Below are positions 53,442 through 64,000 of a stretch of 64,000 nt of DNA, one piece after another. Source of the stretch: Octopus sinensis. Its lineage: Eukaryota. The notes under the pieces were generated by a model. That model worked only from the letters and a program-made list of their open reading frames with translations, was not told the DNA's origin and did not search any database. Position 1 is the stretch's first letter. Every line of letters begins with the position of its first letter. The stretch covers positions 74,338,001 to 74,402,000 of the forward strand of contig NC_043008.1 of NCBI RefSeq assembly GCF_006345805.1. The letters are read 5' to 3'. Position numbers and translations under genes: made by a program.

Positions 53442-54109
53442 GTAAAATAATTTCATCACTCTAATAGAAATATTAAAATGAAAAAAAACGTCGAAAATGC
53501 AATTTCTTTATAATCACACTCACACATATTATGTACTTCAACACACAATTTAATCTATTTATATACATTATTAACTGTAAGTGAATTTATTTGAGCTGTA
53601 GTTCATCTTTTATGTCGAGCTCAGAGAAGTTTACTCTGAAAACATTCTTCTATAACTATTGTATTTAATGAATCGACATCAATTCCTTTATAAATATCAA
53701 CTTCATTTTATTACCATCACCTCATCTATTTTACTTTAACTTTACATAGGAGACCTGCTTTCAGTATATTCCCCTTAGATGTAAAGCGTCTATTAGATAT
53801 GACATGAATTTATTTCACTTTCTATTCATTCTGCATTTATCAATTTTGTATAAATGACTCCAGGTATTGCATCTGAGTTCTTACATCTACTATACAAACG
53901 ATATGTTTACTATGCCACAGTAAATGACACAATAAACATTCCCTTCAAAATTTGGTATTTATCACCCTTAACAAACGAACTTAGCTATACGTATATATTC
54001 AATTTTGTTACATATTTTTATAAGTACATAATTATAAAAGTATACGTAACTACACACATTCAATTCCCCTTAATCATTTCTACCAACATGAAGACTGACT
54101 TACATTTCA

Positions 54110-54305
54110 CATTGGTTTCGAATTTTATCACAAGGCCAACAATTTCGGTGCACGTGTATGTCGTTTACATCGACTCTTGTGCTCAACTGGTACTTATTTT
54201 ATTTTTGAAAGAATGAAAGGCAAAGTCTACCACGGTGGAATTTAAACACAGAACATGAAGACGGTAAAAAGGCTGCTTGGCTTTTTTCGCGCGTGCTAAC
54301 GAGTT
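54110..54305 (-). mobile_element. SINE family A copy
   Basis: TTGGTTTCGAATTTT..ACAAGGCC...CAACTGGTACTTATTTTAT...GAATGAAAGGCAAAGTC...GCGTGCTAAC. Confidence 0.75.
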
Positions 54306-54379
54306 ATACAAAATTGATAAATGCAGAATGAATGTGTTACAATGGTGATGAGACGAGGAAAGCTTGTCAGAACAGACGT

Positions 54380-54700
54380 TATATAGATGCTAACGGGTGA
54401 AATGATTAAGGTAATTGAACCCCAATAAAGTTATAAATACCTGGGAATACTTGAGGCGGATAGAATTTAACGGTCAGAATAATCAAGAAAGGACTAGATA
54501 GCTGAAGAGAACGAATAGCATGGTACCGTAGGGAACAGGCAGGAAGCCCGCTACGCATGCAAGACTCCAGGAATTCCAACAAAAGCTGAGATAAAGATAA
54601 TAATAAATAGGATGTGTGACATTAAAAACGAAACAGTCTCACATATTGTGAGTGAGCGTAACAAAGTAATACAAAAGGAGGCAACAAGAGCCACAACAAT
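54380..54700 (+). mobile_element. Deleted R4/Dong-like retrotransposon fragments
   Basis: GEMIKVIEPQ*SYKYLGILEADRI and RMCDIKNETVSHIVSE (decayed CRxC..ETxxHIxxxC). Confidence 0.6.
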
Positions 54701-54729
54701 AATAATGATGATGGTGATAATGATAATTT

Positions 54730-56960
54730 ATTTTATTTTCCACCGGGATGTCAGATGAGGAGTACAATACAAACACAAGCAAAGTGTAGGGATTTATATA
54801 AAACGGAATGATTAGAAACTATAAGGTGATAGTCCCTCTAGGAGCAATCATCGAGGAACCCTACCATCCAAGACATCTCTGAATATCAAGGGCAACTACC
54901 CTTCAAGTTTAATTTTTCTCACTCACAGATCTATACTGAGAGCGGTGCCGTCCACTTATATCTATATCTGAATAAATTTGCTCGAAGACAACACCACCCT
55001 CCCCACCCTCATTTCCTTTTGAAACTTGTAAAAGTGAATGAGGGCTCTACCAAAGAGGAATGTCTTTGGAGTCATACATTTCTACCTCTTCCACCAGACA
55101 ACCTCTTCGGCCATAGTTACCGGACAAAGGAAAGCTGCCTTACCTGTCCGGTTATAGAAGAGCAGCATGACAAGCATCACTATGAACTCAGTCAACAGAC
55201 AGATCTGTCCTACGCACTACAACAGCTGTTCGACATAACTCCGCAGGTCAACAATACACAGGCAATAAACGAGTACAGGCAGAATGGTTTCGCCACTTTA
55301 CACGTATCTCGGACAAGCTTGTCTGACAGCACATTCGTCCTTATAGAGTTTATCTCTAACCAGTAGCGCCCTTCGATAACACTGCCAGACCCGTGACTTC
55401 TGGAAAGTATCTATGATAGACCACAACCGGAAGGTCCTCCGGAATAGACAAGCCGCTTCATTTTCCTCGGCATTCAGAGTCCCCCTGAGAATGTCGTCAC
55501 ACTTCTCGCCACTAATCCTGTATATATTGCTTAAGTGAAACATCCGTTGATCTCACTGAATAGTGAGTAACTGGCGGCACTCCTGGTACCGAACACTCAG
55601 TCTTGATCTTTACTGCACCCAAAACTACTGCACTGTCAATGAGACGAGCTGTGGAATGACTTGTCTCTCGAACGGAGCCCACACCCGTTCACTGTCAAGG
55701 AATCGTTGCAGCTGGCGAAGCTTTGCGCATCAGTAGTCACGGCGTGCTATAGCCATCAGGCAGAAGATGCTGGCAACAGACTGACCGCCTAACCACTGGA
55801 AGGCATCCCTTTCACAAGAAAATATATAATAGATATCCCAACCTGATAAAGCTGTGGTCGAGGCAAGACACGACACCAGGAGAAATATAATAATGAAGGT
55901 GATTTACGACCATCGCTACCTCTATCCGCTCTTTCAGGAACACCTTCTTCTCTACTCATTTCTGGGTGAGATTGGTTACTCTTTTTCTCGCATACTCCCA
56001 GTTCTTATCTACAAGGAGTTTGGCACCGAACCATATCCGAGGAGTTTAAATGGTCTGTCAGTCCAGCGTCTAACAACCTTGTCCAACGACAAGGATCTGC
56101 CTCTCCAGGTGCCTAGCTACAAGCCTACCACTTTGTCGAAGATGACGTTGGCCCCTTATCACCATACCTTTAGAATGGTGCCAACCTTCTCCTGTCCGGC
56201 ACATGACGGTGACACCACCCGAGTAAGCCAACACTGATCTCCCATGACCCATTTCGAATGGGATTCTGCATAATAGTTCCAACTTCTGCAGAATTGACTC
56301 GACAACCTGCATGTACAGAAGAGACAACGGAAAGCCCGATAGCATGATGCAAATTGGTCTGATAAATGGCCATTTACTTTGACCACTATGCAGGTACTGC
56401 TGTGTATTTCAGCAAGCAAATGTCTGAAAACGGATCCGCATACGGTTGATTTCAGGACGGCCCCTAAGTAACGATGTTCGATAGTATCGATAGCTTTAAC
56501 CATAGCGCCAATCTTTCCTTCAAGATTCTGGCAGATTTCCCGTTCTTTGAGATTTAGGGTATTCAGAATAGCACTACTACCCTGCCGTCCGATCCTGATG
56601 AACCACGTGATAGAATATATTACAGTCTTCGAAAATGGGCGCTACTGTAAGCGCTTCAGAAATGTTCGTTTCAGTGATGCCTACCACATCTATGTCGAGC
56701 GACTTGAGCTCGTTGTGCAAGTGACCTTGCTTCTTAGCTGACACCAAGACACGTACATTCATACACCTTGCTATCAGTACAACCATTTTTGTCGGACAAA
56801 TAAAAGGGAAATCACACATTTTGATCTGCGAGAAACCTAAAAGTTTTGGACCACTCTTCGGATGATTGTTTCCTAAAAGGTCTTTCTAAGTATCTTCTGT
56901 CTACAGTCTCTTTTATAAACCCCACACTATCCGGAAATTCTTCCTGCGTTGTTTTTTTAC
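54730..56960 (-). pseudogene. L1/Tx1-like LINE ORF2 remnant (APE endonuclease start, RT, C-terminal zinc finger), internally deleted
   Basis: CMNVRVL..AKKQGHL.NELKSLDIDVVGITET (APE), KAIDTIEHRYL...VKVNGHLS..F and GFPLSLLY (RT), LAYSGGVT (decayed YADD), VWQCYRRALLVRDKL...CPR (zf-RVT-like). Confidence 0.85.
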
Positions 56961-57911
56961 ACTACTAATGAAGTTTTAAATTACAGTCTGTCCTTCTGTG
57001 TTTCGCGAATGAACTCCTACCACTGCTATTGCTGATGTTGATGATAGTGGTAGTAGTGCCATCAATGTTTCCTTTGCTATAGTTTTTCAGTTTGCTTTCA
57101 TATTTGTTGTTGATGATGTTTTCCTTGTTGTTCATGTTGTTGTTGTTATTATTATTGTTGCTGCTGTTGTTGTATACATTGTAGTTATAGTTGTTGTCAA
57201 TGATGATAATGATGGTTCTTATTATTGTGTCGTGTTCCGGGATATTTGAACATTTTGCAAAAATACTTTTATTTTTACAAGAAATGCAAAATAAATACCA
57301 CAGAATCGCACCCCAACAAAGGGGTGCAATTAAACAGAAATATCACATCTTCAATGCATACATTGTCATTAAAATTATATATAACTGAATAAGTTTTAAC
57401 CAATTGAAACGACTGATAAAATTCTTAAATCCTACGGAGTATAAGCTGTCCTGACGTGACTTCACAGTATGTCGACAATAATAATGATGATGATGATGAC
57501 GACAACGATAACAATGACGATTACGACGACGACGACGATGATGATGATGATGATGATGATGACGGTTTATGCGCCTCTCCGATCACAGATCATATTCAAC
57601 ATCCTCAGTGACTATATATATCGACTACATTCCGATGGTTATTTTAAATGCATGACATGGCATAATATTTGAAGAATATTGATTAAATCTACCGTCTATT
57701 CTGATTGCTGAGTTAATTAAATCCAGAAAATTTAAATGTCATCAGATGATCTCAGTACGACATTATGCCAGCACAATTAATTTTCTAATCACTCCAAATG
57801 CAGATAAGCCTTCAGGATAGAACAGAGAAAGATATATTTGTAGGCTTCACCTAATATCAAAATGCTATATACATATATATGCTTTTGCAAACGTGTGTGA
57901 GTATGCATATG

Positions 57912-57942
<31 letters not shown>

Positions 57943-58559
57943 GTAAGTATGTATATGGGGGAGGGTTTATATATGTATATATATATATATATATATGTGT
58001 GTGTATATGTAAATATATACGCATGTATATATATATATATGTATATAATATATGTATATATATGCATATATACATGGTTGAGTTTGTATATATCCGTGCA
58101 TACACACATATACATAATTACGCATGTATGTATGCTCGTATGAATGTGTATATATGTATATATATATGGATGGATAGATAGATAGATAGATAGATACAAT
58201 AGATACAAAGAAAGAGAGAGACATATACAGTTATGTCATTTTCTTCGTTTCCTTCTTCGTCTTTTTCATTTGTCTCCTATCTCCTTTCTTACACACATGC
58301 ACATACTCACACATACAAACGCGCGTATGCATATATGGGGATATCTGCATGTAAATATCTCTCCCTTTCTCTTTCTTTCTCTCTCTATCTATCTATCTAC
58401 CTGTCTACTTATCTATATGTATGTGTGGAGAGAGAGGGGGGAGGAAGGAGAAAAATGAATGGATATACGCATAAACAAATACGTTTATACATGCGTTTTT
58501 GTGGTGTGTATGCGCATGCGTTTTGAATGTATATATTTTTAGTTATAAAAAAATAACAA

Positions 58560-59900
58560 AATAATGATTACCTAAATGACTTGCTAGGAAAGTGGTGAAA
58601 TATTTATTATAGAGAGAATGACAGTTACTTTGAAATTTCAGGTAATGAGGTTTTTCAATCTATACAGAAAAATTTAATGTTACGAAAATTTATAAAGGTT
58701 AATGCGCAGGAATTTTGCGGGATTGAATTAAATTATCAGCATAACTAATGGAGAAACTTCAGAAAGTGACAGACGAGAAGTTACGTTAGCTATATTATTT
58801 ATAGAAGAATAAGGGGTGCGTTGATGTATGTATTGCAAAATGACTAGTATTGTGTTTGTGAGCGTGGGAGGGAACAGGGGCTTCACTATCGATAGATTTG
58901 TAGTTATTCTCAGGAGTTGTAAAGTTATAGAACAAGTTAATTTATGTCAAAATAAAAAAAAAGATATATACATAATTATTTTTATGGAACATCGAATCGC
59001 GAAGATCAAGAGGCTTGAATAATAGCATCTATAAAAATGGGAGGCTGATTGTAGGACTCGCACCTACATCTTCTACAGCCGTGCAGACATTCTACCATTG
59101 AGCCAAACGAATCAGCCAAATTCTCTCTCCATCTTAGAAACATTATTCTTACCACCGGAAATTTTATGTTGTTGACATCATAAGTACAAGCTTTCGAGAG
59201 GGCGTGAAACAATTTCCTTTTTGAACAGTGAATCTCGGGATCCGAACTGATTATAGTAAGATATTTTGGTCATTACATGAGCAACCCGTTATGTGATAGT
59301 AGTTAGGCGAAAATAAATGATTAGAACAAAACTTATTACTGTAAACCTACATGGATTTTAACGAGATATTGTCACCTGTGTATCAAAATAAACAAATGTG
59401 TGAATCAGAGGCTGGGTGAATTTATGAAGATTGCAGGAAAAAGAATACAACAATAGACATTACAGAGGTTGAAATAAACAGCACTGAGAAATTAGCATGC
59501 GATTTAAATTCTGAATCAATGTAAATGTCAACAATAACGAGCTATTGATATTATATATGATCGATTTGAACGTGAGCTGAATTTGTCTGCAAAAATTGAT
59601 AAAATAGTAGAAAGAAAATGCCTTATAATAGATATGATAACAAAATTAAAATAAAAGAAATAGAAAGTATGTTAAAGCTATTTGATTTAAGCTAGACATC
59701 TCAGAAACGTCTAGGGTATATGAGTGACAACATTCTCGGTTATACAAGTGCTAGAAAGAACGGCAAAGTAACTGCTCTAAAGACATATAGTAGAATTAGT
59801 GTAAGAATAGTATATTTACCGATAATTGTTATCGTATATTCTATTACGAATATGTGGGAACGGTGAGCACAAAATCAAAAGCAAGCGGCAATTTTCTCTG
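58560..59900 (-). mobile_element. Highly decayed Penelope-like RT remnant
   Basis: Weak motif pieces only (TYDVNN, GASPTIS, TNT..ILQY..HP-like). Confidence 0.35.
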
Positions 59901-60199
59901 CAGCCATAGACGAACAAAGGACCAGAAAGAAAACTTTCCTGGAACTGATAATATTTATCAATTTCAGGGAGGCTTTCCTTCACTTAGGACAGATGCATTA
60001 AATGTTTCAGAAGGTACAGTCTTTAGATTTGTTTTAACAGTGCCGCAAACAATATAGATTATAAATTAGTCTACGTCACACATGGACTTGGCATATCCAC
60101 TAGATGGATTCTGTAACATAGAGGCCGTTGTATATTAAGCGGAGATCTAATACATACACACGAAGTGTAATAACAACCTGATAACGTTCATTGGTATGA

Positions 60200-60660
60200 C
60201 TGAAATTCTGGTTCTCCATATTCCAGACGCTCTACTGGACCTCACAAGTAAAAGTGGTTTCACAAAACACTTCTTTCGAGGACACCAATAAATGAAATTT
60301 ATCAAAACTAGTCATGTTTGGTCATCAAAAAATGAAAGGTACATCAGATGGAGAACTCTTCAAAGAGGTAAACATTTTTGTAATTGGCAGCAAAATACGC
60401 GAGCATGTGTTGTGCGGGATATTTCAGCAACACTAAGGATATATTTGAAAGGGAAATCGGAAGCATTTAGTTTGTTTGCCAAAAAGCTTGTCAAGCAGCC
60501 AGCTTCTCTAGCGCTGGGTATGGATCTCTTTCACATTCAGCTTAATAGTAGCCACATCATGTCACAGCAATTCGTCATCAATCTACAGGGTTAGCAGCAA
60601 CATAATGCCCAGTGATCATGGTGACTTGTCAAAAGGGAAACGGTAAATGATTTGGAAGAG
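60200..60660 (+). mobile_element. Possible hAT (Charlie/SPIN-like) transposase fragment
   Basis: FFRG...KMKGTSDGELFKEV resembles the FIRG...MKGTTTGEDIF.EV motif. It is otherwise decayed. Confidence 0.35.
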
Positions 60661-60684
60661 CTCTGATATATCATTTATTTTTAA

Positions 60685-61120
60685 TCTTTTATCTTTTACT
60701 TGTTTCAGTTATTAGACTGCATCATGCTGGGGGCACAGCTTCGAATAATTTTTATTTGGAACAACTGATTTCAGTACTTAAAATTTTTTAAGCCTGCCAC
60801 TTATATCGGTTTCTTTTTCCGAACCGCTAATTTACAGGGACGAAAGCACATCAACACCATTGTCAAGCGGTGGTGGGGGACAAACACAGACACAGTGACA
60901 CACACACACACACATACACACGGACGAACGCACGCACACACGTGCATATTTATATGAACGACGGACTTCTATCAGTTGTCATCGACCAAAGCCATTCACA
61001 AGACTTTGGTCGGCGAAAGCTACAGTAGAAGACACTTACTCAAGGTGCCACGCAGTGGGCCTGAACCAGAAACTATTTGGTTGAGAAGTAAGCTTTTTAT
61101 CATACAGACTCGCCTGCATC
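60685..61120 (-). mobile_element. SINE family B copy
   Basis: Reverse complement of 37610-38035: TTTTACTTGTTTC, CATGCTGGGGCAC, CCGAACCGCTAA, TTGTCAAGCG, (CA)n, CACAAGACTTTGGTCGGC, CAAGGTGCCACGCAGTGG. Confidence 0.85.
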
Positions 61121-63059
61121 TATGTATATTATAAACGTTTCTAATGTTGCTGCAAGAGTATGGAAAGAACTGTTCGAGCCACACTCAATGTCACATGAGG
61201 CATCAGACTTCCAAATCGAGAGCAACAGCCAATGTAAACGACATTAAACCTGAGCGACAGTCCATGATAAACGTTGAAAGTGTGCGCTGCAATCCGTGGA
61301 AACTTTTGCGTGGCAGCTTTTACCACACAAGAATCGCGTCATCATTACGTTCCTGGCACTTTCTCCGCTCTTGTTAAGAAATACGGCCAAGAGTAAACAG
61401 GAGTAAAAGAAAACGATGAGAAAAGAGTGATCAGTGTGAGTAGGTGAAAGAATGAAGACAAATAAAGGGAGAAAGAGAGTAATAGGGAGGGGGAGAAAGA
61501 GAGAGAGAGGGGGAGAGAAAGAGCAAGGGAATGAGACAAGAACGCCGGACAGATGTCTGTTTGTATGAAAGAGAAATGGAGCGTTGGATAATGATAGAGA
61601 CGAGCTATGGTAAAAACGAATGATAAGTGATTTTAACGTGTGGTATTGAAGGGCGGGATTAAGGACTGTCGGTTCAGAAAGGGTGATGTTAGGTTGATAA
61701 TGAACAGCAACTACACCTATACATATATGTATATGTGTGTGGTATGATATGTATATTATAACTTGCACTACAGGAATTTCCGTTCATAAGATGCTGATTA
61801 GAGATCACAACGATTTCAGCAACTTCCAACACTATCTATCCTTCTAAAGCAGCCAAGTATCATTAGTGATAGTAAAAAATGCTCACGTTATTTTATCAGT
61901 ATTCCAGTACACATCTTTGCTTCTTCGCTATGCAACCACCACACCAATCTAGAAACAACAATAACCACTCCAACCATAGAGTTACTATTTTGTTTTACTT
62001 CTCCCTGAGGATTAGCTCTTTCGTCTCAGCTTTGGTTTTAATCTGCATATATTAAGGATAATATTTTGAAAATTAATATTATGTATTATTCATCTAGGAT
62101 TTCATTAAAATTCTTCCTTTTAAACATGTATGATAAATGCACTTAATCAACATTTATGACCATCGTTAAACAGTTGTAGCTTTTTTTAGTTTTGTATTCA
62201 ATGATTTAAAGAGAAAATATAGCTATCGTTTGTGCTAGTAAATTGATTTATGTGCATTTATGATGCTTTTTTAAATGGAATCCTTCACAAAGCCTATCTT
62301 ATATTGCTTCCTGAATATTTATTTTCGCTGTGTATATTTAGTTTTGGTTTACACTACCATAGAATGTTCTACGATTGCTACTGCAATCACATGTCATACA
62401 TAACACTTTGAAAACTAACCTAAAACATTGTGTATAGGATTTTCGTCATTATCTATTAGAATAAGACACTGTTAATAGTATAACATGGGAATCACCCTAC
62501 CCTACACACACCTACACACATATTTACTGAAAAGATTTTAAGTGTTACTAACATAATGTAAATGTTCACATGTAAGCTGCAAATACTATAATAGTTGTCA
62601 CCTACGCCAGACATCTACTCCCTTTTATAGAAGCTACCTATGCATGTCCTGCACAGAACCATCAGGTTTCATTATATGTACACACATAAAACTACATTAG
62701 ATGGGATAACTCAAGAAACGGTAGCAGAGGGTTTTATCAAATAACGCTATTGAAATAGTATTCATCATAAAATAACACAGCTGAATAGAAAACAGAATAA
62801 TCATTGCAGAGAATGTTTTCAACAGAATATACATTACACAGAATGGAATCATTTATATTATGGGTTGGTTTCAGAGAATGAGAATGAACCAAGAGAATGA
62901 AGCGAGTTAGATATTGTTGAAAGTTATATAGGGTCATATTGTTGATGTTATTTAACCCACGATCAAACCTTATCGAGCAAACTATAATAAAAGAAGTCCC
63001 TCTATTTTATTCAGACACAGTGCAACTTGGGCGCGAATTCAGTTTAATTCAGTAAATCG

Positions 63060-63285
63060 GTTAAGTTGTTAGGGCGTTGGATAGAATGATTAACAGCATT
63101 TCTTCTGACTCCTCACAAGCTGAGTTCAAATCCTACCTTTCGTCTGTCAGGGTTGATTAAGGAAAGTACCTCTCTAGGCGGTTGGTTGTTGGAACTATGA
63201 GAACATTGGAATGGATAATTTGCGGTATTTGTTCTTGCTGTTTGTTTAGTGAGTTCAAATTCTGTCGTGACCTACGTTGATTTTG
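63060..63285 (+). mobile_element. Two decayed SINE family A heads in tandem
   Basis: CTGAGTTCAAATCC...GGGTTGATTAAGGAAAGTACC and GCGGTATTTG...GAGTTCAAATTCTGTCG. Confidence 0.5.
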
Positions 63286-64000
63286 GATTTAATATGTCAC
63301 CTACACGTATTCAATCAGTCAAGTCGGGCCTCTAATTTAAGGATATCAGCCTCCCGCTACACCAGAGGCCTCGTAAAGGTTCATGGTCACAGCCATGACT
63401 AAAAGATAATAAAATGATTGGAGAGTATGAATTGAGAGATTCGCCCATTGTCCCTAAGAGGTTAAAGTGATGGCGATATGATTTATAGTATTATGATGAT
63501 ATCATTCATCATAAAAACTGATGTCACCAAAGATGTACTTCGCTCATCCTGACACATGTTGCTGGCCATTATTTTAGTTAATTATCTTCCGAATTTCTTT
63601 GTTAGATATCGTAAAATGAAAACTGAATAGTATTTATTAGTTTATTCTCTCATTTATGTTATAAACATGGAAACGAGAAACACCATCTACCTTAACAATG
63701 ATAACACTATCTCGAAGACAAACTTCATAATCGAGGAAAATGCAGAGAAATATTTAAATGAAATTTACAGTGAAACACAAACTTTTTTCAAAGCTACCTC
63801 TTATTAGTAAATTCACATGACTTTCACCCTACAAAATAGCAATAAAAATTATTCAATATCCAGAATATTGTACGAATAGGGATTTTCATACAATCCCCCA
63901 AATCCTTTTGTATTAGAACTAAATAAGTTGGAAAAATCTATTGTATTATATTGATTTAAAATGAGGTTTATGATAGAAAATAGAGATGATATGATTTTAA

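Noticed and set aside
61140-61560. Possible decayed Penelope GIY-YIG on the minus strand
   Set aside because: The motif similarity is too weak to call.

Overview
AT-rich eukaryotic DNA with many microsatellites and no host protein-coding gene that I can support. The SINE families and repeat landscape look like those of an octopus (coleoid cephalopod) genome; this is inferred from recognition, not a database search. The window is made up almost entirely of decayed transposable elements: three or more tRNA-derived SINE families, restriction-like-endonuclease retrotransposons (R4/Dong-, CRE- and HERO-like), RTE and L1/Tx1 LINEs, many Penelope-like elements (GIY-YIG and RT fragments), Helitrons, a Tc1/mariner, a Chapaev3-like transposase and several MITEs. 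Almost all ORFs in the track are microsatellite artefacts or TE pseudogene pieces. The most interesting signal is non-coding: about nine type I hammerhead-ribozyme-like motifs, most with palindromic stem III. Several sit inside small ORF-less fold-back modules (38.3-38.7, 51.8-52.2, 52.4-53.4 kb), two have a U3-A8 covariant core, and some have greatly enlarged stem II. Coordinates were read by eye and element boundaries are approximate.
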